Shown: positions 39,921-64,000 of the stretch, in pieces
Position numbering within the stretch: the stretch's first letter is position 1
Layout: every line of letters starts with the position of its first letter
Assembly (NCBI RefSeq): GCF_009914755.1
Contig: NC_060939.1
Origin: the human T2T-CHM13v2.0 reference genome, Homo sapiens
Direction: 5' to 3' (one strand)
Length of the DNA: 64,000 nucleotides
Notes under the pieces: model-generated
What the model was told of the DNA's origin: nothing
Databases searched by the model: none
What the model saw: the letters and a program-made list of their open reading frames with translations, nothing else
Position numbers and translations under genes: made by a program

Positions 39921-40754
39921 GTTGGGGTGCAGTGTCCCAGGTTCACTCAACCCTTCCCGTTTTCCTCTCTGTGTGTGTCTACTTTGTCGTGTTCCCTGGT
40001 GGCGGCGGCGGTGGCAGTGTTGGTGCATGGGCCTCCCAGGACAAGGGGAAAGTGAGTATGCCCCTTTCTTGCCCCCTGCCAGGCGTCTGCAGCCTGGCAC
40101 AAGCTCTGGCCAGGTCTCCAACAGGGGACCTGGAGATGTTTTTTTCCAATTTCTGGATTGGTAACTTGAGGCAGATTCTGGGCACTAGAGTCAGAACTAA
40201 GAGGAGACTGAATCAGGGGAGTCTGGGGTCCTGAGAGGCAGATACCTGAAACCGTCTAGAGCGTGTGGGGAGCTCGGTGCATGTTCACGCCAGTTGTTTT
40301 TCTCTGTGCCTCAATGTTCCAGGTACCCTTGGAGGTGCTGAGATCCTAGGGATTCCTGGAGCCTGGCTGCATGGCCTGGCCACCCTGATGCCACTGTGTT
40401 CTCCATGACAGGACAGCAAGGCTGAGGAGAATGGCTCCGACAGCTTCATGCACTCCATGGACCCATAGCTGGAGCGGCAAATGGAAACCACCCAGAACCT
40501 TGTGGACTCCTACATGGCCATTGTCAACAAGACCGTGTGGGACCTCATGGTTGGTGTCATGCCCAAGACCATCATGCACGTCATGATCAACAACGTGCAT
40601 GCACCGCCTCATAGGGGCAGGGGGCTCCTGTAGCACTGGGGATGCAGGTGGCCATGTTGGCCTGGGGGAGATGCTGACCAGCCCTATGGGACCAAGGTCC
40701 AGGGAGGGAGGCACAGTCCAGACCAGAGCTGTCTCATAGAAATATAACGTGGGA

Positions 40755-41050
40755 CTGGGGACAGTGGCCCATGTCTGTAATCCCAGCACTTTGGGAGGCC
40801 AAGGCAAGAGGATAGCTTGAGCCCAGGAGTTCGAGACCAGCTTGGGCAACATAGTGAGACCTGATCTCTACACTAAAATTTTAAAAATAGCTGGGCTTGG
40901 TGGTGGCACGTACCTATAGTCCTAGCTACTCTACAGGCTGACATTGGAGGATCACTTTGAGCCCAAGAAGTTGAGGCTACAGTGAGTGGTGATCTCGCCC
41001 ACTGTCCTCCAGCCTAGCGACAGAGCAAGATCCTATCTCCAAAAAACATT
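40755..41050 (+). mobile_element. AluJ-like
   Basis: Diverged consensus. Confidence 0.85.
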
Positions 41051-42860
41051 TTTAAGAAACTGAGTAGACCGGTGTCCTGGTGGCATGATAGGTCCTGGGT
41101 CCCCTCCCAGATGTGTGACCTTGGACAGGTGACTTTTCCTTTGGACCTCAGTGTCCCTATCTGAGTGAGAAAAGGGCGGTGGGGAGGCAGATCTTTGAGT
41201 CTAAGCGGTGTAGAAGCCGCGTCTGAAAAGCCATACTCAGGGCTCCAAGTCCAGCACACAGTCCCAGCAGGGCCCGGCAGGAGGCCAGGGCAGCAAAGGC
41301 ATCAGGTCCCAACCTCCTTCCCTCTTTGCCCGCTCTCAGACCAAGGAGTTCATCTTCTCGGAGCTGCTGTCCAACCTGTACTCACGTGGGGACCAGAAAA
41401 CGCTGATGGAAGAGTCGGCAGAGCAGGCACAGTGGCGCGACGAGATGCTGCGCATGTACCACGTGCTGAAGGAGGCACTCGGCATCATCGGCGACATCAA
41501 CACGACCACCATCAGCACGCACATGGGGGCCCGTGGACAACTCCTGCCTGCAGGTGCAGAGCGTCCTTGCCGGATGCAGGTACCAAGGCTGGCTCCCACG
41601 GCCCCAAAGCCCCCCAGCCCCCATGGCTGAGCCTGGGGACTCTTGGAACAGGCTCCGTGCCCACGCTGGTAGACATGGGTGCTCCCTGGAGCCGTCACAG
41701 AGCTCGTGGTTTATGGTGTAAGGGCTGAGAGCTTAGAGGGGGTGGTGTGTGGGGCTGTACTCTGAGGCGGCCAGAGTCCTAGGATAGTCCTCCTGTGCAC
41801 ACCGCACCTGTTGGGCAGTCTGAGTCATGCTGCCAGGGCAGGGCATCCAGCTCCCAGCCTGGGAGTGCTGAGAGCCAAATCCACTGCAGAGCAGGGGTGA
41901 TAGTCAGAGTCCCACCTCCTCTATCTGTCGGCAATGCAGTGGTGAGATAGGATAAAACCTTGAGAGTCCCATACACACGGTCAACCCACAACACACCTCA
42001 CAGGCCAGGCAGGAAACACAGGCCCCTTCCCTCCCTCCCAGGTACCATCATAGCTGCTAGCGTGTGACTGAAGGCAGGGTCCCTGGCCCCCGCTGAAGCA
42101 CTATTGCTGGCCAGCAGGCTCACGCACCTTGGAGTGTTGCTCCTAGAGGTCACCTCTGCTATTCAGCCAAGGGGACCACAGTGCCTGCTGGCCCAGCTGA
42201 CCTCCGCCCCACAAGCCCACCCACCTCCCCTGCCATAGACTCTCCCTCTTCTGCTTTTCCCAGCAGGAAGGGCCCAGCCTCACCTATCCGACCTGCAACC
42301 CCCAACAAGCTGAGGCTCCCCTCTTAGACTTATAAGTCTATAGCCAGTGGCATCCAGCTGCATGCCCTCCTCTCCTCCCCCAGGGACCCTTCAAGGGTTC
42401 CTGGGCTTTCTGACCCCCCAGAGGGGGCTCCGGCGATCACTCCACCCATCCATCCCTTTTAGCTTCATCATCCTGGTTCAAGCAGTGTTTCTTCTCTATC
42501 AGGCCTGGTGGCTGTTGTTTTGGGCTCCCCAAGGCGAGAGGTGGCCCTGGACAAGTGGGTTGGAAGACACGGTGACCAGAGAAGAGGGAAGCCCAAAGGG
42601 GCTGAGCATCAGTCTTAACAGTGGGTGCACTGGGTGCCGTGGAAGAGGCCAGCACGTGTGGGGTGGGGAGGGCTGCCACAGCCCCCAGGCACTACCTGTG
42701 AAACTCCGGCTCCTCCCTCTGTCTTCCTCCCCTTTCCCTTCCAGCCCCTCTTTTCCAGGAACCTTGCCACACCCGCACGTGCACCCTTTACTCCTTGGCC
42801 CTCCCACAGCTGCTGTGGCACACCTGTGCTCTGCACTTGCCTCACCAGCTCTCTGCTCGC

Positions 42861-43577
42861 TTTTTTTTTATTATTATTATTATACTTTAAGTTTTAGGGT
42901 ACATGTGACAATGTGCAGGTTAGTTACATATGTATACATGTGCCATGCTGGTGCGCTGCACCCACTAAATCGTCATCTAGCATTGGGTATATCTCCCAGT
43001 GCTATCCCTCCCCCCTCCCCCCACCCCACAACAGTCCCCAGAGTGTGATGTTCCCCTTCCTGTGTCCATGTGTTCTCATTGTTCAATTCCCACCTATGAG
43101 TGAGAATATGCGGTGTTTGGTTTTTTGTTCTTGCGATAGTTAACTGAGAATGATGATTTCCAATTTCATCCATGTCCCTGCAAAGGACATGAACTCATCA
43201 TTTTTTATGGCTGCATAGTATTCCATGGTGTATATGTGCCACATTTTCTTAATCCAGTCTATCATTGTTGGACATTTGGGTTGGTTCCAAGTCTTTGCTA
43301 TTGTGAATAATGCCGCAATAAACATACGTGTGCATGTGTCTTTATAGCAGCATGATTTATAGTCCTTTGGGTACATACCCAGTAATGGGATGGCTGGGTC
43401 AAATGGTATTTCTAGTTCTAGATCCCTGAGGAATCGCCACACTGACTTCCACAATGGTTGAACTAGTTTACAGTCCCACCAACAGTGTAAAAGTGTTCCT
43501 ATTTCTCCACATCCTCTCCAGCACCTGTTGTTTCCTGACTTTTTAATGATTGCCATTCTAACTGGTGTGAGATGATA
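42861..43577 (-). mobile_element. Young 5'-truncated L1PA (L1PA2/3-like) with TSD TGCTCGCTTTT
   Basis: Near-intact ORF2 C-terminus ([26 protein letters not shown]...) plus 3' UTR; lacks the L1HS ACA diagnostic. Confidence 0.92.
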
Positions 43578-43915
43578 TGCTCGCTTTTCTCTCTCCTGTC
43601 TTCTCTCTGCTTTCTCTCCAACTGCCAGCCAATCGGCTCAGGCAAGTCCATCCCATCCTGAGAGCCCCAGGCCCCCCTTTGACCTCTAAACAGATTCCTC
43701 CTCTTCTCAGAGACTTCCCTTTCCAAGCCTGCCTGGGCGGCTGTTCTGTGACTTGGCAGTGGCTCCCCCAGCCCCAAAGGCAGCCCCCTTCATCTGTGAC
43801 TTCGTCTATTGTTGCGGTGAGCTGACACATCCAGGTGTGACCGTTGCTGAAAACTTGTGCCCCCCTCTGTGGTATGCCCCTGCCCTGTTCTAGAAATATC
43901 TACAAATACCCATAT

Positions 43916-43921
<6 letters not shown>

Positions 43922-43964
<43 letters not shown>
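43922..43964. repeat. (CA)n microsatellite
   Basis: Direct reading. Confidence 0.9.
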
Positions 43965-43968
<4 letters not shown>

Positions 43969-45846
43969 CATGTGGCCAACCGCCTCGCCTCTAGCGCTGG
44001 GAATCAGTCACCGTGCTGTCCTTTTGGAGTCTTGTGGCCAAACAAGAGAAAGCTAACCCCTGACATTGCCCCTCCAAAGTGCGCTACCTTCAGTGAGCCT
44101 CCCTGTCACGCCCAGCCTATGGAGAGACACACCCCGCCATCCCTCCCGCCCCCCCCCCCCCACCAAGCATGGGAGTGCTGTGCAGGCAGCTGTGTGGCCT
44201 GACAGTCTCTACCAGTCCTGCTGTCCCTTGGCTGAGAATCAAACCCGCTTCTGGATGGCGGGGAAGTGTGTCCTCTGCTGGCTGTGTTCTCTGTGGAGCT
44301 CAGGGGAGGGGAAAGGCCAAGCCATTTCTAGGGTGCTGTTGGGAGCAGTGAAAAGGCCATGCCCTTTCCAAGGGACACTTTTCCTGGAAAGCCCCTGGAG
44401 CTTAGCGGGCTCTTATCCTGTGAAGCCGGCTCTGGCCACCAGGGGGCAGGGCCATGAACTCAGCCCAGAGGGAGCCTGCAGGGCAGCCGGCACTCTGGAG
44501 GCACAGACAGAACAGGCCACCAGGTGCAGACAGGAGAGGGAGACAAGGGGATAGAACGGAAGATGCCGGGGCTGGGTGGAAGTCAGTGCCCTTAGGTGCT
44601 GGTACCTGTCTTCCCGGCCACCGCTAGATCAGGCTTCTGAGCCTGTTGGCTGTCAGGGCCAGACTGCGCCCCATAGACTACATGGCAGTCCCCTTGGAAT
44701 CCCCCAGGCGCCACCAGGCAGCATACAGGTAACACGCCTGGAAGGTCCCCAACAGCCTAGCTGGACATGCTCAAGACACTCTGGGACTCCTTGTTTGGTG
44801 GCACAAACTCCAGGACCCAGTGAGGGAAACGGAAACACACCAGGCCGAGCAGTATGGCTAAATCCATTTATTCCAAAATAAAAAGCAAAATAAACAGGAG
44901 TCGCATCACCAGGGAGCCACGACCCCATCCCCGCCTCCTTCCTCTGTCCTATGCTAGCAATAAATAAGTTTCCCAGCCACAAATAATTATTACAACCTCC
45001 TCCCCATGTGCCGGCTCCAACCTCAGCTAGGTATGACACAGGGGTGGCCCTACCCTCTGGAATATACAAAACCTTACACAGACACAATGTGTACACCGGG
45101 GAACGGGGGCCACCCCAGCAGCCCGTGCCCTCGCCTGGTCCACAGTTAGCCCCACTGTCCTGCCTCTCTGAATAAGAAGGGAGCCCCCCTGAGGGAAAAG
45201 TTGCTATGGTGAGAGTAAGGGGGACATCAGGCCTCCTCCAAACAAACCAACTCCACCAGCCTCTGGCTCTTAAATAACAATCATCATCATCCAGAAATTT
45301 AGGGACTCAGCCCTGGTCAGGGTGGCAAAGGGTCTGTTTGTCTTTCCCCATTAGACAGAGGTCTTGTCCTGCTACCCTAATTGTAAAGGGGTGCCTGGGA
45401 AGGGGTGGTAGGGACATGGTGGCGGTGGAGACTCCGGCCCCACTTCTCCAGGCTTTGCTGACAGGGGCCTGCTTTTAATTTTTATTTTTATTCCATGACT
45501 TTTTAAAAAAGAATCCCGTAACTTCTTTTTCATAACTTTTTTGGTAACTTTTCATAATACTGTTTTCTACTTTGTTCCCACAAGTTTTTTTGCCACAACG
45601 TTTTTACATTTTTTATCCCATAACTTTTTCACCCCATAACTTTTTTAATCCCATAACTTTTAAAATCTTGTGTTCTTTTAAGAAACACTTGCATAGTTAT
45701 ATCACAACTTTGTAAAAATGAAACACATTATCTCATGCCAAGCATGCCCAGCATTTGCACAGTATCAATACCTTTAATACTATAGTTTTCAAGAAACGCA
45801 AAATAAAATTTTAAGACAAAAACAACACATTGAAACAACTTAATAA

Positions 45847-45852
45847 TTTATT
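45847..45852 (-). terminator. Candidate AATAAA for the long GOLGA8 3' UTR (another at 44872-44867)
   Basis: TTTATT on the + strand, with U-rich sequence downstream on the - strand. Confidence 0.5.
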
Positions 45853-48800
45853 ACATTACAGTGGCATCACACCAGCAGTCAATAAGGCCACTCTAGGGAA
45901 AAATCTTTCAGTATTTCCACGACACATTCTCTTTACAATAATTCATAAACTGGTAAAATTCATTCTAAGAAAACTTGGCAAATAAAACTTTGGACTGGAA
46001 TTGGCATTTCTTTCTCTGCTTTTCGTTCCCACCATTTCTTTCTTTTATACTACAGTATTCATATTTTAAAATGTTTTAAATTATTTCAGAACATTAAGAT
46101 AGCAGTTACATTTTTTAATAGTTATTTTAAAATGACTCTTTAAAATAAAGTTTTAGAGAAACTATATTATGGATAGGGCTGATTTACATTTTCAAATTTT
46201 CTAAAATCAGCTTTGGTTTTAGAGCTGATTTTTTTTTTCATTTCTGGAAAATTATCAGGTTTAATCAAATACTTTTAAAATGATTATTATACATTGCCAT
46301 CTTTAAATAGGTATTTTGATTCTTCCTACAGAAATCAAAATGTATTCAGTGGAACTCACAGTTTAAAATTCTATGTTTCTGATGAACTCTAACATTCCAA
46401 TGTTGCCTTCTAAGCAAACTGAAAGCTGCCTTATACTGAATGAGGAAGAGCACAAATACTCGGCTGAATGAGGTATCACAAAAGACTGCATGCACTTTGG
46501 AGAAAGACTTGAGTTATTGTCATACAATTTCCATTCTTTTTAGCTTTTTCTTAAATATATGACAAATACCTACACAAAGAGTGGTATTTCAGTCAATATA
46601 GTAAATTTATTTTCCAGACTGACCTTCAGCTTAAATATGCCAGTGTGTGATTTAATCCATAGGCACCTCATGAACACATTATTGTCAGATTGGTTACAGA
46701 TGCTAAACGCTATCCGAAGGTCATTCCTAGTCACTGATATTTATCAGGGTAAAAGTGAAGTGATTTCAACGATAAAAGTACCTTTGCAATAATTTATCAA
46801 TGTATTAGATAAACCCAGTTTCAGAATGATAAAAGAAAAAACGTTAGACCAAATAATGTGGCTGATTAACAGTGGTCCGATTTCTAGCCCGAGGGTTTAA
46901 AATGCTCTTAAAGTAACTGTCTTTAAACTGAACTCAAAGAATGCAAAAGCGGCAAGTTCAGAAAATAAAAGGCGAGAACAGGACTTTAAGTGCATTTTAA
47001 ACCCACGGGCTACAAATCGTACCACTGTTAATTAGCCGCATTATTTGGTCTAAGATTTTTTCTTTATCATTCTGAAACTGGGTTTATCTAATACATTGAT
47101 ACATTCATAAAATTTGGAAGAGTCAGTGGAAGTCACAAGGACCGAATATTTGCACTCTTTCAGTGAATGCCAGCAAATCTGTTATTCCATCGGTAAAATC
47201 GTATTGTTGCTCTCCTGTTAATGTCATATTTATAGAAGTATCATGAGGATGCCAAATGCTAAAAATGGAGATGATCTAGTAACTAGAAATCCCCACCGCA
47301 GGGAGCACACACACCTATCTCCCTGCATCCTAACAATGTGATGTGTTTTGGAACACAGACATTAGAACTTCATGAAGTTTTAACTGTTGAGTCTTTCCCA
47401 AGCATCATCAAGTTACGATTTAGGCAATACATAACTGAAATGCATTCATTCATCATGCATAGGCACAATCACATAAATATTGCACAAAATATGTCCCGAA
47501 CAGAAACCCAGAGGTACAAAAACATATTTCACTTTGTAAAGAAGTTTGTGAGAAAATATAACTCTGTGGTTGTATAGACACGTTTCCTGATAATACATTG
47601 ACATTCACGAACAACAGTAGATTGCACTGCAGTTTGTACACATTTTAAGTTTCATAAACTTCTCCTTGATTTTCAAAGATAGTATAATACCATCTACTAA
47701 AACTCCTTTTTGTTTCAACTATCTCACATATATTAGTTTATAAGAATGTTTCTATTTTTTTAAAGTGTTTTCCATTCAAAGAAAAAGAAGTAAATTCCTA
47801 TGTCAGAGTAACCAAGGTGGTTGAAGAATAGGTATTAGCCAAAGAGGTCTAGATGGTAAAATCAATCTTCAAGCCTCAAAGAATCTCCGTGAACAGAGAG
47901 GAATGCCAGGAGTCACACAGCTTTCCTTCACTCTAATTCATTCTTGACTAGAGCCTGTATGCCTGTTCCAGGGACATTTGAACTCGTAAAGGATTTCTTA
48001 TGATCTTCACTAAATACATTAAGAAGAATGCCAACCAGTGCCCTTTTGTGTACTGGGGCATGTAGTCATGTGATTAAAACAGGTAACATGAACTCTGACT
48101 TTAAAATGTATTGTAGATACAAATGCTCTAAGCTAGGAAAGGTTTTCCACATCCACAGTCAACGATGGGAACCTTTCATTCCTCAGAAATAAGCCCTTTT
48201 TAGGTCATCGAAAAAGAGTGCAACTGCTGCAGCTCATGATGCAATATCTTCATGAGCCCAGAGCACATACAAATCCTAAGGGCACCACCATAATACACCG
48301 CTAATTCCTGGCACCGGAACAGATGAAACACACTCTATCTTGCACATACCTGCCAGAGGAGGCCACTTTCCTCTTCTGTGAGATTTAAAAAGCTCCCCCA
48401 AAAGGTTATCACTCCCATCACCAATACACAGAAAATGGAGGAAAGGCTGTTTCCAATTCTTGGCCTTTAAACAACTCTAAATGTCAGTACTCATAGTGGC
48501 GTATTACAAAGTAATAAACAGTGCACACTTGGGGGCAAACTACATATTGAGCTAAGGAAGAGCTCACTGTGATTAAGATTACATCAAACAACAGCAGAAC
48601 ATAGGCAAATTTTGTCTGAATGCTGTAGTGAATATACATGCTGCAATAACATTAAAAAAGCATGGCAGCCTATTCCAAACCAAAGAGAACAGTTTTGGGC
48701 AAAGAGTGGGTCTTTGTGTGTTTGAACTCCCACCACGTAAGGGCAAACTCGATATGCACGCTAATGACCTACAATTATGAAATTAAAAAAGAAAAATGCT

Positions 48801-49011
48801 AAAGGATGCCAGAGTGAACATCAGTGAGAGCCACAGACACCCACTCTCTTTTAACTTTTTACAAATAAACTTAAACTATAAATTAGAAACACAAATAATC
48901 ATGAGTGAGTCTAACATTCAAAGGAAGTAAATGAATTGTGTAGGAGATTAACCCCATAACTTGGTTTCTTATTTAAAAATTTCTTGAGCAGCTGTTTGAT
49001 GATGGTGATGT

Positions 49012-59436
<10,425 letters not shown>

Positions 59437-59559
59437 TGCAGGGTGGGGAGGGAGGAAGGGTTGGGGCCACAGCAGCAAAATCCCAATAAGAACCGATCAA
59501 GGCCTCCAGTCACCTACCAGGCAGCTGTGTGACTGAGCCAGAGGAGGCGTAACCAGGGC

Positions 59560-59660
59560 CCCAGTAGAATGCGGAATAGGGGCGTGGCCTTAATGCTCCA
59601 AGCCCATTGGTCAATGAGAAAGATGAAAGGGAAAGGGGGCGTGGCCAGACAGCAGCGTGT
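59560..59660 (-). promoter_or_regulatory. GOLGA8 proximal promoter
   Basis: CCAAT box (ATTGG on + at ~59606-59610) flanked by two GGGGCGTGGC GC/KLF boxes, 150-200 nt upstream of the ATG. Confidence 0.55.
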
Positions 59661-60170
59661 CCAGAGGGCCCTGTGGCTCACAAGGAAAGCTGCCCATGGC
59701 AACCGCTCTCCCCACCCACTCTAAGAGAGGGGAGAGGCCTCCCACTCTGGAAGAGAAGAGGGGCTGGCTTTTGCTTTAAAAGCTTTAAAACTTTAAAAAA
59801 TATATGTGTGTATACTTTATATATATGTGTGTCCATGTGTGTGTATCTATGTTTTTCTCCATAGCTGTCTTCATTATCCAGCTTCTATGCAAGGTCTATG
59901 ATTTTGGCCTATATTTTTCATCTTTGATTACAGTACAAAAATTACCAGTATTACCTTAACTGAGATACAGATCCTATAAAAATGGAAAATGCATAGCATG
60001 CTTGATGATTAATGAAGCAGACTATATTATCCAACATTCTAATAAGATAAAATAATCACAATGATTTCTCTTTTTTGGAAAAATGTTTCTCTTATTCTCC
60101 TACGTTTTCGTTAAGATTTTTTTTCTTAAACAAGAAACATGTCTAATATCTGTAAAAGCACAAAGCTTTT

Positions 60171-60490
<320 letters not shown>

Positions 60491-60798
60491 TAATAGTAAG
60501 AGCAATGTGAACAAAAGATGCAATAAAATAATTTAGAAAATACAAACTATTAAAAAATAGATTTTAAAACTTGTGCAACGAAGTCAAACAGCAGCCAATG
60601 AAAATGTATACCCTTACACGTTTGTTTAAAAAGCAATTTAAATTACATTGATCCACTAAACTAGGAAAAGCAAAACAAACAAAAAGGGGGAAATAATTAA
60701 GACCTAAGGAAAAAGAAAAACCACTAGATTTAAAAAATAAAACTAAAGGAGGATTCTTTCAAAAGACTGAGATAATAAAACAGTCAAGCCTCTGATAA

Positions 60799-61220
<422 letters not shown>

Positions 61221-61344
61221 AAAGTGTTCATTTTTTTTTAAGAACCTACAGTTACGAAAAGTAACTGAAGAAGTGGGAAATCTGGAGACCAATATGCAGA
61301 AGAAGGAAAAAGACAAAGACTCATCCTCCAAATTGGATATTTAA

Positions 61345-61565
61345 ACCAGAATTTGTCATCCTCAGCAATATTGATATATTGGGCCAGATAATTCTTTGTG
61401 GAGGGTTCTCTTGGTGTGTTGTCGGGCATTTAGTAAACATTCCCTCTACCCACAGAATGCCAATGAGACCTCCCGACCATGACCAGTTGTGACCACAAAA
61501 ATGTCTCCAGATATTTCCAAACGTCCCATAGGAGGCAAAATACTCCTGCAGTTGAAAATTACTGT
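61345..61565. mobile_element. MER20-like DNA transposon
   Basis: ttgggccagataattctttg...aaaaatgtctccagatatt...gttgaaaattactg. Confidence 0.75.
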
Positions 61566-62476
61566 GTAAACCAGATCTACATCCTAGATCTTAGAAAAAA
61601 GATGTAAAGCTTCCCAACTCAGCCCTGCATACCCTTGATACTGAAATAACAGCCTTAAAGGAAACAAACAAAACTATAATCTTATTTAATACAGAAGTAA
61701 AAATGCAAAAATAAAATATTACCATAGCCATTCTAACAGTGTTTATTATAGGAATGCAAAGATAATTCAAAATTAGGAAAATTTCATCAGGCAATTCACA
61801 AATTATATTTCTACATATAATTGAAGGCACAATCATGAAAAACAAAGTAGCTCTATATGCATTAAGTCCATGATCTATTCAGTGAAAAACACAAGTTGCA
61901 CATGTCTTACAGAAGGAAAACTTAACACTGAACACAGATTCTCACCATCTGCTCTTTGTCCTGAGGCTCCAATAGAAATACAGTGAAGAATAAACATTGT
62001 ATAAGCACACAATTACAAAAAAGGAATGGGGTTACCAACAGAAGAGAATTCATCTTCATTAGACAATGACAGTACATGGAAAATGGTTAATTCATGGAGC
62101 AAAGCAATAAAGGTGGAGGTCAGGGGGATACTGAGAACAAGGAGGCTAATCTGTCCCCAGCAACCTAGAAAGGTTCTAGACTCAGACACGAGGTACCCCC
62201 GACAGTGGGACTGATAGGCAAGACTGAAAACAGAGATTAAGCAAAAGCCCGGATAGAGAACACATTTCACAGGCCCTGAAACACACTGCTGGCCCCATCT
62301 CCTTAAACAGAACCCAAGCAAACGTATCCACCTCAGGCAAGAGAATGTAGATTTTACATCCAGAGGAATGGAGTAGTCATCCAGCCATCATTTATGATTG
62401 CAACAGGAGATAAGATAGAGGGATGGAGGATAACAATTAGGAATCAGCATACATTCCCCTTAAAGCTATCAGTTGA

Positions 62477-62848
<372 letters not shown>

Positions 62849-62912
62849 CCCAGTCTTTTAGTACCTCTCTCAAATATGAATGAACAAATAAAGGAATGGA
62901 AAAAAGACTACA

Positions 62913-63214
<302 letters not shown>

Positions 63215-63449
63215 GACTACAAATGATAAGCAACATAGAATAGATATTTAAGGAAAGGCTTTAAAAAGAAAAATAAGACCAAAATAAACTAAGAAAAAAA
63301 TTATTAAAGAACAAGGAGATGCCAGGGAGAAGACAAAGAGTATCAAAATCACTTCATAAAGACACTTGTGAATATATTACATGTATAAAACAAAACAATA
63401 TGAATAAGAAATAATCAGAGAAGAAAAAGTTCTTAGAACTCATGCTCCA

Positions 63450-63975
63450 TCTTGGGAGTTGGTCTCCAATGAGCCATACCTCCTGTCATCATGTCCTCAG
63501 ACAGGCCCATCCCATAGTCAATCTGGGTTGGCCCCAACACTCACTTTAACCTATAGCATGTGGTAGAAATGACACTGGACCTGTTCCAGGTCTAAGCCTT
63601 AAGAACTCCTGGCAGCTCCATTTCTGTGCTTCTGGAAGCCAAAAATAAGAATTGGCTACCTTCTTGGAGAAAGAAAAGCCACATGAAGAGATCCGAGAGG
63701 ATGAGATGCTATGCAGAGAGAAAGGCCACATCAAGAATCACCAAGGCAGCAGACCTGTGGGTAAAGAAGCCGTCTCAGACATTCCACTGCAGCTGAGCAT
63801 CCAGATGACCAGTCCCTGACACTGTTTAACCACACAGTGAGAGCTGCCAAATGAGACCAGCAGAAAAACTGTCCAGCTAGCCCCAGGTAATCCATACAGT
63901 CGTGACAGATAGACAGATGTGTAGTTTTAGGCCATTAGGTTTTGGGATAATTGGTTAAGCAACAATAAATAACCA
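63450..63975 (+). mobile_element. MLT1-type LTR
   Basis: ggtctaagccttaagaa...ggcagctccatttctg...ttaggttttgggataattggtt. Confidence 0.6.
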
Positions 63976-64000
63976 AAACAAAACTTAAAGTTATGACAGT

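Larger units (their letters stand above)
40040..43689 (+). pseudogene. Unprocessed dynamin-1 pseudogene fragment (DNM1P family): microexon 40040-40051, exons 40412-40594 and 41340-41579, last exon 43629-43689
   Basis: [37 protein letters not shown]; [47 protein letters not shown] (GED domain); terminal [19 protein letters not shown]; contains an in-frame TAG and a frameshift. Paralog number not determinable. Confidence 0.92.

Noticed and set aside
42347-43556. 233-aa and 138-aa ORFs
   Set aside because: Pseudogene intron plus L1 3' UTR, and L1 ORF2 C-terminus respectively

Overview
Human (primate) genomic DNA, recognisable as the 15q13 segmental-duplication block that carries CHRFAM7A. Minus strand, ~7.2-38.9 kb: the human-specific fusion gene CHRFAM7A. 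FAM7A exons D, C, B and A splice to CHRNA7 exons 5-10. I mapped every junction (all GT-AG); the 1239-nt CDS gives 412 aa, and exon 6 is 168 nt, so this is the non-delta-2bp allele. Plus strand, 40.0-43.7 kb: an unprocessed dynamin-1 pseudogene fragment (DNM1P). Minus strand, 49.0-59.4 kb: a GOLGA8 golgin core-duplicon gene with 19 coding exons and 631 aa (most likely GOLGA8R), with an intronic 7SL fragment. There is also a Y3 RNA pseudogene, many Alus, and L1, LTR and MER elements. Main hunt result: CHRFAM7A exon D, usually described as of unknown origin, reads as an internally deleted copy of UBE2Q2 exon 1 with its CpG promoter, which would make the gene a three-way UBE2Q2-ULK4-CHRNA7 chimera. 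Its leader encodes a 76/96-aa UBE2Q2-ULK4 hybrid uORF that is in frame with the receptor ORF and separated from it only by TAA-TGA. A dead ULK4 exon explains how the FAM7A N-terminus arose, and a chimeric Alu appears to mark the UBE2Q2/ULK4 join. Homology statements come from recalled reference sequences and need confirming by alignment.
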